Assembly: GCF_009914755.1 (NCBI RefSeq)
Contig: NC_060933.1
DNA length: 64,000 nt
Reading direction: 5' to 3' (one strand)
Source: the human T2T-CHM13v2.0 reference genome, Homo sapiens
Below are positions 1 to 13,729 of the stretch, one piece after another. Below the pieces are notes generated by a model, which had not been told where the DNA came from, did not search any database, and saw only the letters and a list, made by a program, of their open reading frames with translations. Numbering within the stretch: position 1 is the first letter of the stretch; every line of letters begins with the position of its first letter. A program made the position numbers and the translations under genes.

Positions 1-569
1 AAATCTTGGACAAATTAAGATAAAATAAGCAAATCTAGGGAATAAGTGCAAACAGCAAACAAACAAACAAAAACCCAGCAACAACAAAAAACTCAAAGCC
101 AGTTTAATTGTCTGGCTTTGAAGAGAAATTGTACTAATTCATGTCTTTATTTTAATGAATGCAAGAGTAAATAAGAAATCTAATTAAAACACCACCATTG
201 AAAGGACGTTATTTGTTAATTAAATGCTTGCAAATCTTATTTGTATACTGAGTTCTTCCAATTATCAATCAGTTCTTACAATACAAAAGGAGGCAATAAG
301 ACGCAGTGGAAAGAACCTTTGTATTGTAGTTCCTACTGTCATTCCTGTAGGGTGAGCTCTACCCATCAATCTTCCCTCACTTGAAGACTTACCATTTTTC
401 ATGCATATACTTAGAGAAGTACACAGTGTAATGCAATATAATGAACTGCGCATGTAAGAAAAGATCAAAAGTGTAGGTTAAATCCTTATAACAAAATAGT
501 AAGTTGCCATTAAAATAATGTCATAAATTTATACATTCAGGTAAGAAATGATCCCCAAAATAATATGTA

Positions 570-919
<350 letters not shown>

Positions 920-1519
920 TTAAAAAGCAGTATATGAAGAGAGTAGAAGATGAAGATGTGTTCCCGTTTATGTTTTACATTTAAACAAAAAAGACCTGTG
1001 TGTATGTGGCTATTGTTTTATGCAGGATAGATTTGGAAGGATGCACATATGCATAAAAATAACTCTTAACCTTTCCACAGTGCCTGATTTTTAAAAACGA
1101 TAGTAAAATTGCTTTTGTTGAAATATCAAAGCAACAATGCTTTGATATTTCAAAGCTAATGGATATATTTCTGTTCTCATCTGACTCCACCTTTCACTTG
1201 ACATCATGGTTGATAATTTGCTCCTTCTTGAAAAAGTTGACTTGTTTCTTGAGAGCACTTTCCCAGAGTTTTCTTTCTGTCTTTCCCCCTGCACCTTCTG
1301 TCTTTGTTGAGGGCACATTTTCTACCACATGTGTAAAGTTTGGAGAGCCCAGGGCTCAGTCAGCTCTGTTCTTTTCCTAGGGGATTTCATTAATTCCCAT
1401 TGCTTTAAATCACCATTATGCTGGTGTTCTTGCCTCAAATTTCTATCACCGTTTACCTTCCGGACATCCCCAACTAGATGTTTAATAAGCACCTAAAATG
1501 TAATAATAAAAATAACATG

Positions 1520-1830
<311 letters not shown>

Positions 1831-2153
1831 CATATAAAAATATAAGAATAACATATAAGATATATGTCATACATATATAATATAACATATAAAATATAAT
1901 AATAAAAATAACATACGTGGAACTTTTACATTTCTACCTATTACCATGGTCCCCAAGCCTTTTCTTTCCCAGGGAATGGCACCATGATTTATCCATTTTT
2001 GCTGAAGCCAAAAATGGAACAGAATCATTCTTGATTCTCTCCCTTTCCCTCGTTTCTCCTCACTGAGTCATCAAGAGATATTGTTGGCCCCACGACTAAC
2101 ATTTATCTTGCAGCTATGAATCTGTGGACTTTCTCCCCCTGCACTGCCACCAT

Positions 2154-2211
2154 CCTGGTTAATTCCACCATCAGTGTTGACCTGGTTAATCCCACCATCA
2201 GTGTTGACCTG
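2154..2211. repeat. 27-bp tandem duplication (2 copies plus 4 bp)
   Basis: CCTGGTTAATTCCACCATCAGTGTTGA followed by CCTGGTTAATCCCACCATCAGTGTTGA, 1 mismatch. Confidence 0.95.
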
Positions 2212-3195
2212 TTTCACAGCAATTGCCTCTACTTCCACTGCTGTTCTTCTACAGTCATTCTCCACAGAGAGTAAACTTCCAGAGTTCAAAAGAGATTTTT
2301 TTTTAATGACTTTCTATTGATCCTGAAATAAAGTCTAATTTTTTTTAAGTTATCTTCAAGGGCCATTATGATCTAGCCTCTTTCTACCTCTCTGAACTAG
2401 TCTTTGACACACCTCCTTTTTGCTCATCACACTTGGCCATATCTCTGTCTCGCTTTCTGTCTCAAGCCCTTTCCCTTGTTTCTCCTGCCTGGAATATGCT
2501 TCCTTTGGTCTTTGTATGATGGATGCCTTCTCAGCCTTCATATCACTTCCTTTGAAAGACCTCCCTCAATATCCTTGCTAAGGTAGATCTTTAATCTCAC
2601 CTGCCCAATTCCTGTCTGCCTTCAGCATGTTAATTTCCTCTTTGATATCTATGTGAATCCAAAACCATATTGTTGATTTGGTGACTGTTGGTTTTCTCAT
2701 TCTAGGATACAAATTCAATGGAGGCCATGCATCTCATTAACTGTGGTATTCCCATGGCCTGGAACAATATCCAGCACATAGAAAACCTTCAATAGAAGAA
2801 TACATGAATGAATAAATGACATTTGAAATTAATTTTGGAAGATAAGTGATAGAGGCAATAATAAAGTTTGGAGCTGTAATTTTTTTCTTTATTCTTCTAG
2901 TACTGACATCATTTTATGGTGATGTACACGGTACTGTCTCATTTTAAGTATAGACATTAGAGCAACTGGTTGGAGAGAAGACACTGTTATAAAATGAAAG
3001 CAACATCAATTGCATTTAGGATATTTGGATTCTGGTCTCAGCTTTACTACTAGCTCAGAGTGGCTATTAGCATGCCACTCCTCATTGGGCTTATTTCACT
3101 TGTAAAATCATGGAGCAGATGAGCTATTTTCTAATGTTCATTCTGATCCATTAATTACCATCTTGAATCAGTGTCACTTGTGATTTTACTATTAG

Positions 3196-3580
<385 letters not shown>

Positions 3581-4546
3581 AATATTTAAAATATTTCTTA
3601 GCACTTTGAGCTCTTCCCCAGATACTGTTTTGCCTTAAAAGGCTAATTTTGCAGATGGACTTGAGATTAACTTGGTTAGTCTTGAGACAGACTTAATACA
3701 GATGTTATCTATTCAGCTATGCATATAATAAATGAGGAACAAGTAACGTTGCTTCTTTGTTCCTGCAGTACGTGTTTCTTGCAATATAAGAGAATGATGA
3801 TGAGAATAATAATAATTGTTATTGCTGGCATTCAGGAAGTTCCAGGAGAAGGTAGTTCCAAATAGCAAAACATTGTACTTAACAGAGGTTCTTCTAAGGA
3901 GTTAAAAACTTTATGTGGCTTTTGAAGAAATAGAATACCTTCTAAGACGACAACAACAGTAGAACAAATTTTACAAAGCCATGAAAATTAGAATTAGAAA
4001 TATATTAGGTGGCCAGTGGTGGTAGAGTCAGGATAGAAAATAGAAGAAACCAAAAATAAAGTCAGATAGAACAAGGGTGGATGCAGTTAATGAAAATTTT
4101 TGGTGGTTATGTAGATTACTTTTTAATCCTTTCGCAAAGCTAAGTAAGCATATGAGTTGGCAAGCCTAGGCTGCCATTCCAAGAAAAATTAAAAAAAAAA
4201 AGAACCAACAAAAGTGCAAAAGACTAACAGAGTAAATAGGTAAGAAACAGGACTGTGTCCTTAGGCCAGATTTGCTAGGCCCCAACTCAAAGGCAGGTTT
4301 TGCTTTAAATGGAATGTTCTAATAATGTCCCTTAGGCTGTGGACATACTTTTCAGACTTACTCCTGGCAGTCATGGGATTCCCTTCTTCAACTCACTTTT
4401 GTACAGAGAAAAAAGAAGATAGAAACTTTGGGAAAAATGAAGTTGCACCTTACATGGGGAAAACTGAAGTCTCCCAGGAATGAGGTAGCATGAGAGAGAT
4501 ACCCAGAGTTCTACTAACCATTCACACATTTGCTTTCTCCATGGAT

Positions 4547-4838
4547 ATTTTAGAGACAGGGCCTCATTCTGTCACCCAGGCTGAAGTGCAGTGGTACAAT
4601 CACAGTTCACTCTGGCCTCAAACTCCTGGGCTCAAGTGATCTTCCCACCTCAGCCTCTTGAGGAGCTGGGACCACAGGCACGTACTACCATGCCCACTTA
4701 ATTTTTTTTTTAAATTTTTTGTACAGACAGGGTCTCACTAGGTTGGCTAGGCTGGTCTCAAACTCTGGTCCTGAAGCAATCCTCCTGCCTCAGACTCCCA
4801 AAGTGTTGGAATTATAGGCATGAGCCATCATGCCTGGC
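4547..4838 (-). mobile_element. Alu (AluJ)
   Basis: AGAGACAGGGCCTCA...CTCCTGGGCTCAAGTGATC J-type diagnostics. Confidence 0.9.
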
Positions 4839-4859
4839 TTCCCCACAGATAAATATATA

Positions 4860-5552
4860 TATTTTTATTATACTTTAAGTTCTAGGGTACATGTGTACAA
4901 CATGCAGGTTTGTTACATATGTATACATGTGCCATGTTGGTTGTTGCTCCCATCAACTCGTCATTTACATTAGGTATTTCCCCTAATGCTATCCCTCCCC
5001 TCGCCCCCCCACCCCCCGAAAGGCCCCATTGTGTGATGTTCCCCGCTCTGTGTCCATGTGTTCTCATTGTTCACCTCCCACCTATGAGTGAGAATGTGCG
5101 GTTTGGTTTTCTGTCCTTGTGATAGTTTGCTTAGAATGATGGTTTCCAGCTTCATCCATGTCCCTACAAAGGACATGAACTCATGTCCTTTTTTATGGCT
5201 GCATAGTATTCCATGGTGTATATGTGCCACATTTTCTTAATCCAGTCTATCATCGATGGACATTTGGGTTGGTTCCAAGTCTTTGCTATTGTGAATAGTG
5301 CCACAATAAATATACGTGTGCAGGTGTCTTTATAGTAGCATGATTTGTAGTCCTTTGGGTATATACCCAGTAATGGGATCACTGGGTCAAATGGTATTTC
5401 TAGTTCTAGATCCTTGAGGAATTGCCACACTGTCTTCTACAATGGTTGAACTAATTTCCACTCCCACCAACAGTGTAAAAGCATTCCTATTTCTCCACAT
5501 CCTATCCAGCATCTGTTGTTTCCTGACTTTTTAATGATCACCATTCTAACTC
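4860..5552 (-). mobile_element. L1PA 3' end (3'UTR plus ORF2 C-terminus), 5'-truncated
   Basis: TTATTATACTTTAAGTTCTAGGGTACATGTG; ORF 5164-5430 is ORF2 C-terminal peptide (WQFLKDLELEIPFDP...YTMEYYAAIKK); short TSD CCACAGATA at 4843-4851 and 5554-5562. Confidence 0.95.
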
Positions 5553-5782
5553 ACCACAGATATTTTTGAGAGCTCATTGTGTACAAGGCACTGAGCTAGA
5601 CATCAGATATAAGACTAGAAAAACAAACCTAGTCACTGCCCTCATAGCACTTACTATCTTATCAAATCTAAAATCCAGGCCCGAAGTAAATAAAAACAAA
5701 ACCAAAAAACTACTTTTGAAGATACTAATGAATATATTTTAAGAAAACTTATCACTAACACATCTGAAGTTTATATTTGTAT

Positions 5783-5920
5783 CTAGGATGCTAGATAAAA
5801 TAACAAATTTTTAATATGAGTATGTCTCAGATATGTCAAGGGACATACCTATATTGAAGTGTTTATTTGTTGCTTATCTGAAATTTAACTCAGCATCCTT
5901 TGTTATTATTTGGTAACCCT
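5783..5920. mobile_element. MER53-like palindromic hAT MITE
   Basis: AGTATGTCTC..ATAT..GGGACATACC core, TTATCTGAAATTTAACT and GGTAACCCT end resemble recalled MER53 consensus. Confidence 0.7.
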
Positions 5921-6142
5921 AATTTATACCTAAACAATTTTAAGACTAGGGTTAAGAATACCAGTACTGTGACATTGGTGTAAGTACTGAGGCATAACTT
6001 TTTTTTTCAAATGGGGTTGGAGCATTTGAAAGGATTTAAGGTGTAAGGACTGACCAAAATCCCAGTATCCCATGACATCAGTAAGTCAGGGGATTTCCTA
6101 TTTTTCCATGTCATGAAGTTTTCCTTGAAATCATCATCATAA

Positions 6143-6631
<489 letters not shown>

Positions 6632-6833
6632 TATGTTGGGACATTAAGATTGGTTTTCCCGTTTATAACAGTATCTGTAAGCCAACAAGTAAAGTCTCTC
6701 CACACCATAGTGGTTATTTCTTTGTAGTTTAGTAGAAAGACAAACTCATTCTGCACCTTTTAAGATACTTTACAAACTGTCCTTCTCTATACCGGACCCT
6801 TAAACCTTTATAGTGGGACACACTTGTGTGTGT

Positions 6834-6859
6834 GGGGTGGGGGGGGGGGGGGAGGGGGG
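6834..6859 (+). repeat. Poly-G tract (G-quadruplex potential)
   Basis: GGGGT-G14-A-G6. Confidence 0.85.
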
Positions 6860-6889
6860 AACTGCTACAGCTAACCTCAGAGCTGCCAC

Positions 6890-7597
6890 AACAAGGGCCT
6901 TTTATTTATTTGTTTTTTTTTTTTGAAAGCAACTGAATTTACTTTTTATATAAATCTTGTGTAACAAGAGATATTAAATTTGGATCAAAATTTTAGACAG
7001 GAATATATCAGGCAACAGAGAAACCAAAAAGACATATTAACCAGATAACTATTGAACCTCACATTTTTTCAAGGCTTATGTTAAAATTCAAGTTTTATAA
7101 TCCTTAATTTGTTTTGGATGCTATTTGAAAGGCCTAAATTATTTGTTTTTAAAACGAAAACACCATCAGACTAACAGCTGATCTCTCGGCAGAAACTCTA
7201 CAAGCCAGAAGAGAGTGGGGACCAATATTCAACATTCTTAAAGAAAAGAATTTTCAACCAAGAATTTCATATCCAGCCAAACTAAGCTTCATAAGTGAAG
7301 GAGAAATAAAATACTTTACAGACAAGCAAATGCTGGGAGATTTTGTCACCACCAGGCCTGCCCTAAATGAGCTCCTGAAGGAAGCACTAAACATGGAAAG
7401 GAACAACAGGTACCAGCCACTGCAAAAACATGACAAATTGTAAAGACCATCAAGGCTAGGAAGAAACTGCATCAACTAATGAGCAAAATCACCAGCTAAC
7501 ATCATAATGACAGGATCAAATTCACACATAACAATATTAACTTTAAATGTAAATGTGCTAAATGCTCCAATTAAAAGACACAAACAAGGGCCTTTTA
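6890..7597 (-). mobile_element. L1-mediated composite insertion: poly(A) + about 240 bp non-L1 sequence + inverted L1PA ORF1-end/ORF2-start fragment
   Basis: 15-bp TSD AACAAGGGCCTTTTA at 6890-6904 and 7583-7597; T-tract 6905-6924; L1 on + strand 7163-7582 with ORF1 stop TAA 7441-7443 and ORF2 ATG 7507. Confidence 0.85.
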
Positions 7598-8342
7598 AAT
7601 GAATGCATCTATTTAGTTGCTTTCTGATCAGCTGTTGTCTTTCAGATTGTATGATTATAGGCAAAGCAACCATTGAAAGATTTGTAGATTTGGGAAATTT
7701 TGTAAGTAGTGTAGTTGTAGCACTGTTCCTTCACAGGAGAAAGTTTCCACCCGGTAGGCAGAAGTCTTAACCAGTAGTTAGTATTAACTGATGGAAACAG
7801 GGTCAAGAGTCCAAACTGGCACTGAATCTGAGATTGCTGAATTACCCTGAGAGGGCAAAGGCTTCATATGTAGACCTAAATGAAGATAACAGAATGAGTC
7901 ACCAGTATAGACAATGCTGGTCTTTTCCAGTTTCGTGACTGCACAGCTTAGACTTTGGGGGACATTTGGTTTACATCACTGGGAATAAAACTTAGAGACA
8001 GACAGTTTTCCCCAGTGGACCAGCATCAGCCCCTGCACTGTGAGTTAATACAGGGGCAGGGAATTATGAAGGCATTCTGAAACAGTCGGTTTTCTCTTAT
8101 AATCAGTGGATAAATAGTTCAGCCTCATGTGTCCAATTCAAGTGTGTAGTTGAGCAAACTGTGTAAAGAAACATGAACAGTTCTGCAGTTGTGGTATGAT
8201 TTACAAACTTTGAATCTGAATAATATGTTAGATGCTTCAAAAGGATAGACATAGAAAAATGATACCCTGTAGCTTTTCAACAGTTTATGGCATATTAACT
8301 CTTACATCCTTTAAAATCCTTTGCTTTATGTATTAATACATA

Positions 8343-8624
8343 CAATCAGACCTCCTTATCCACAGATTCCCACAGATTCAACCAACTGTATATGGAAAAT
8401 ACTTGGGAAAAAACAGTAAAAATAATACAATAAAATAATAATAAAATAAATAACAATAAAATTAAAAACAAAAATACAGTATAACGACTATTTACAGGGC
8501 ATTTACATTGTATTAGGTATTATAAGTAATCTAGAGATGGCTAAAAGTATATAAGCTACATACAAATACTCCTCCATCGCAGTTGTGGATTTTAGTATTC
8601 TCACAAATACCAAGGGATGACTGT
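8343..8624 (-). mobile_element. MER2 (TcMar-Tigger) MITE
   Basis: CATTTACATTGTATTAGGTATTATAAGTAATCTAGAGATG core and AGGGATGACTG-TA terminus. Confidence 0.8.
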
Positions 8625-8649
8625 ATTTTAATTCTTTAGAACTGACGTC

Positions 8650-9575
8650 CCCACCAACATTTCATTATAACAAATTTCAACCATACAGCCAAATTTTGAA
8701 AGAATTTAAAGTGAACATCACTATACTTAACCACCTAGATGCTACCATTAGCATTCTACACACTTCTTTTATCACATCTATGCACCTATCCGTCTTTATC
8801 CATTCATTAATCCAGCTAATTTTTTGATGCATTTCAAAGTAAAATGCAGACATCCATCCACTTCCCCCTAAATACTTCAGCATGCATGTCATTAACTATA
8901 ATTCAATATTTGTTTATGCTTTTTCTTCTTTTAATGTAAAATTTACATACAGTGAAATTATAAGTCTTAAGCATAAGGTCTTTGAGTTTGGACAAAAGTC
9001 TATATCCCTGTCAAGATACAGACTGTCAACTCATCGCACAAACTTCCCTTAAGCACCTTTCTACTCCATTGTCTCCATACTGAAGCCATCCTTGTTTGCT
9101 TTTTGTTTCCACTATAAATTAGTTTTGAATGGCATACTTTTTGAAAATTTAAATCAGGTTTAATTTATATATGGTAACATTTATCCTGTTTATTGGACAG
9201 TTCTGTTGAATTTTGACAAATGTATATAGTTGTGTAACTACTACCACAGTCAAGACAAAGAACAGTCCCTGCTACCTCCCACCAAAAATTCTCATGGGTC
9301 CCTTTATATTCAGCTTCTTTCCTTGCCCCTAGCTTCCTGCCACCATTGATCTGTTTTCCGGACCTGTAGTTTTACATTTTCTAGAATGGCATAAAAAAAT
9401 GGAATAATTTGGTATGTAGTCTTTTGAGTCTGCATTTTTGCACTTAGCATAATGCCTTTGAGATTTCATCCACGAGGCAGTGTGTGTCAAAACTCGTTCA
9501 TTTCTGTTGCTTAGTATTCTATTACATGGATGTATCATGGCTTGTTGATCCATTCACCAGTTGAAGAACAGTGGG
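8650..9575 (-). mobile_element. Old L1M (L1MC/ME) 3' fragments
   Basis: TTTTGACAAATGTATATAG..CCATTGATCTGTTTT..CACTTAGCATAATG..CATTCACCAGTTGAAG typical of L1M 3'UTR. Confidence 0.7.
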
Positions 9576-10329
9576 GATTTGCACTGTCCACCTTTTGGTG
9601 TTTATTTGTAACTTTAATCTATTACCATATATAAGATAAATGCACAGTCAGGAGTTTCCAGGGGTATGAACTCTGTGATTTGGAGAAAATTGTTCAGTTA
9701 TTTCCCTTGAAATCTGCAGCTTATAACACCTGGTTGACAATATATATTACGTTACATTGTGTATTTTGACTTTGGGAACCTGAAAAAATATCCTTAATTG
9801 CTAGAATTTCATAGTCTAAAATGACTGTCTCATTTGAAACTTTTTTTCTCAAATGGACTTGGGAGCATTTTTCTTTCCTGGGCAGGGCATATGTTTTACT
9901 TTTCCAGTCTCATCTGGGAAGCAAGTATGTGTAATCCACCCTTGTACTCCAAGCACCAAGAGTAAAGATTTAATGGTGAGGAAGCAAAAGAAGTGAGATT
10001 AGGGAAAAGAGATAGGGAGGAGGGGAGGGCTTCCAGAAAGCGTAGCAACCACCAATAAATATTTTATTGTGTTGCTATGTGGCAATAGTTACACCAGGTC
10101 AAGTTGCTTAACAGTAAGTCAGGTTGATGCAGGGTTTAAAGTGAGCTGAGAGACTGATGAGGGGATGAATTTCACCATGAGATTGTCCTTTTGTTTTGGC
10201 CAGGAATCTGGTACCAAATGTGAGAACCTGCTGCCACGTGCCTACTGGAAGGAAACATGCTTGTTTCTTCCTGCTTCTTGCATTTTCTGTGAAAGCAAAA
10301 ACAATTTGGTAGTTTTATTGGCGTGCATA

Positions 10330-10362
10330 TGTGTGTGTGTCTGTGTGTGTGTGTGTGTGTGT
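10330..10362. repeat. (TG)n microsatellite
   Basis: Direct read. Confidence 0.95.
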
Positions 10363-12326
10363 TTACATGTGCAGATTTACAGTAGAGTTAGAGACAGCAA
10401 AATATCGTATTTGCTTTACTCATTTACTCAATTATTCCACAGAAGTGTTTTAAGCACCTATCAAATTCCCACACTTTTGAAACTGTAAGTCAGAGTAATT
10501 AGACCTTAGTAAAAGAAAAAAAAAATATGAGTATGTGGTTTTGTCACTATTATAAGAGTTGAGTAGAGATGGCATTTTACTTATGAGCCCCATTGAAGTC
10601 CTGTGGGGGAAGGCCTCCCTCTCTCTTTGCACCTTAAAGCAGTAATTTGGACTTGGAGCTAAGAATCAAGATGAGAAAGGTCTTATAGTAACCTTTGTAT
10701 TCACATTCACACTGGAAGGTGTTAAGCTGATAAACTTAAAATAAGAATAAAAGGACACTGTAAGCCATCTGAATAGGTTAATAATCTGTAACGATGTGGC
10801 TAAACAGTACACAGAAGTACAGAAAACCAAGTGATTTTGTAAACATGCTGGACATTTCGTTTGTAGAAACAGGCCTATTTTTTCCTCCTGGTAGAGTCTG
10901 TACATGGCTTCTGAGATTATCATCAGGATATGTTTTTCTTTATTGGAACTCTATTGTTCAGATTACACTCATCAATAATTTTAACACTCAAATCACATCA
11001 ATACTCTGTCTTTGTGTTTGTAAACCTTCGTGGTGCTAATGAATTTACAAGCACACAAGTTGGTTAATGAACATCCTGGGTGGGAGGGAAAGCATACCCT
11101 TGAATATCTCCCCCTCCCGCTCCTAGTATTAGAGGAAACTGATGAGGCACCCAGGAAAACACTGTGGTACTTTATCCTTATTATAATGATGGCTGTGTTA
11201 CCAAGTTATTGAGTTACTGTGCCTTGACTTCTTTTAAGATCAAATTTACTCATAATTGTAGTTGTTACAATGGCAATTTGTTAAACTTAAAATGCTTGGC
11301 TCTCCAGAACATCCCTGTTAAGGAGATTGAAGTGGGAATTTGGCTACATGGATCAAGTGGATTGAGACATCAGGAAAACCAAGGGGAGATACACACATAC
11401 CCCGTGGAAGCCTCCAACAGCCAAACCAAGCCAGCACACTGGGAGCATGGCCTGAAAATCTGTCCTATCCTTTTGCTCTAGGGCTTTCTCAACAGGAGAG
11501 CAGTTCTGTGCTGTCCTTGCCAAGGAGAAAGGAAAATTATGAGAAAGCACACTAAAATTTGATTGTGTAGTGGTTGCCTGTACGTCTCTGAAATGCTATC
11601 TATTTGTACCTTCTCTCTGAACCATGAAATATTTCTCTTTTTAAAATAGACATCTTCCTTTAAAAATAATTTGGAAATCTTTTAGGTTCTGCACTGAATA
11701 TTGACTGCATCCTAATGAAAAATCTGTGGTTCACATTAATTCGGACTGCCTATATGAAGGGAAACCTAGTATTTGTCAAGCACCTAGTATGTGCTGGGCA
11801 AGTGCTGTGCATTCATAAACCTTCTGTCAATCGATGCTTCCGACAAACTTTGGGGAAAGTGCCTCTCTTTCTAGGAAACAGACTCGGAGAGGCCCGGTTA
11901 CTTAGCCAAATAATGCTGTTTTCACTATGCCGGGCTATCTCCTGCATTTGTTTTTCTTCTTTCTGACAAAAATATAGAGCAGGAAGGGGGAAAGGAACAA
12001 TGAAGAAAGATGAGCATTATTTACACTGGAATTCACAGGCATGGTTGGAAAATCAGCTTGCCTTCTCCTACCCTTTAAACCTCCTCTCACCAACACACGT
12101 GCTTTGTAGTCATTTTTGAAATGATTTAACTAATTTTAAAGAGCTTAAAACATTTAAACTTTAGTTTTAAACTGTAGCCTCAAATTAATTCAATTGTAAC
12201 ATACTTAATTGAGGCCGGGATACTACCACTACTACTAAAAATAGGAAGAAAAATTACCACGATAAATACTTCTTAGGTGCTTCTTATATGTCAGGCCCTG
12301 TTATAAGTGCTTTGTATATACTAACT

Positions 12327-12583
12327 CAGTGTTTCTCAGCTTTTTTTTTGTTCCTATTATTGTCCCCTTGAGGAGAAAAATTAAATTAAATTTAGGTTTA
12401 ATTTAAATTAACTGTGTTAATTTGAATTTGAATTAAATTTAATTTATCCATAATGAGAGAAATTAAATACAAAGGAGTAAGTTTTTGTCAGACAGGGTTG
12501 AGCTTTAGAGGGCCATAAACCATTCTAATACCTAAGATTGTTTTTACCCTCCAACGTGCTATCACCCCTGTTGAGAATATATG
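12327..12583. mobile_element. hAT-type MITE inserted in a MIR
   Basis: 8-bp TSD TACTAACT at 12319-12326 and 12584-12591; imperfect TIRs CAGTGTTTCTCA / TGAGAATATATG; MIR-like sequence on both sides. Confidence 0.7.
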
Positions 12584-13639
12584 TACTAACTCAAATCATT
12601 TAATGCTCTTGACTACCCTAAGAGGTTGGCACTGTTAGTAGTCTCCCTATGGTACAAATGAGAAAACAAAGACCCTAAGAGATTAAGTAACTCGCTCAAA
12701 GCATATTTAATAAACAGCTAAAGCGTCCAGGCTGTACTCTTGTAACCACTACACTATATTGCCTCTAACTCTTCAGTCATTCCTGCTGGCTGCAGCCTCT
12801 CTGCAAACAAATTTTATATCCCAAACAGCCATCTTTAATTAATATGATCAAGTCTATTGGAATTGCCCTGTTTGTTACCTTCTGGTTTGAAGTTTTGGCC
12901 TTGGCATACTTTGCAATTCTTAGCATGAGCACGTACTCTGTCTCAGCCCTTTACTAAGCTTGTCACTCTTTTATCTAGTTTAATCCTCTTGATAACCTGT
13001 AGAGTGAGTAGGTGTTATTACCTTCATTCTACAGATAAATCAGGGAGGTGCTGGGTGGTTAGGAAATCTGCCCAAGGCCACAGGGCAGGTCAACTACTAA
13101 ACTAGGCAAGCAATCCTGATTGGTTAGATTCCAAAGCCCATACCTACCCTTGGTCACTTCCCAGATAATCTTCCATGGCAGCCTCTGGGTAGACTTCCAA
13201 CATCTCATTACATATTTGAAAATATATTCATATCACTCAAAGTTTTCTTTGAAATAATCCTAGATTTGAAGACAGAAGTAGGGTGACTCAAAATTACCCT
13301 CTTTGAAATCTAAGAGATTTATAGATATAAGATTTAAGATATAAACTACATAGAAATACTGGAATGCTGGCTAAAAGGCACTACTGCCTGCACATTAATT
13401 AGGAAGAGGAAATGTCTTGGAACTTGGACAAGATTGCAAAATAGATCCCTTATTTTCTTGGTGGTCCGCCTCTCGTTGAAGTCTTCTTTCCTCTATTTCT
13501 ACCTCTTTTTGTTCTTATTCTCCTATAGGAATTCCTCCTTTTCTTTTCCTCAGCACTTCTCAGACTGATTCTCAAAGACATAAGTCACAAATTGTGAAAG
13601 ACCAATACTAGCTTAAAGTATTATTTCTCCCCAGCAGAT

Positions 13640-13729
13640 TTGCAATTTGGCAGAAATCAAAGCTTAGGGGACAAAATATTACGAATAACATTTTTTTAGG
13701 CCTGGGAGAGGGAAAATTCATAGAAGAGC
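13640..13729 (+). repeat. Copy 1 of a 90-bp local direct duplication
   Basis: About 90% identical to 15679-15767 by manual alignment. Confidence 0.9.

Noticed and set aside
2071-2289. ORF with repeated peptide QVNTDGGIN
   Set aside because: A by-product of the 27-bp tandem duplication in L2.
10235-10240. E-box CACGTG near the (TG)n repeat
   Set aside because: A single 6-mer occurs by chance several times in 64 kb; there is no supporting cluster.
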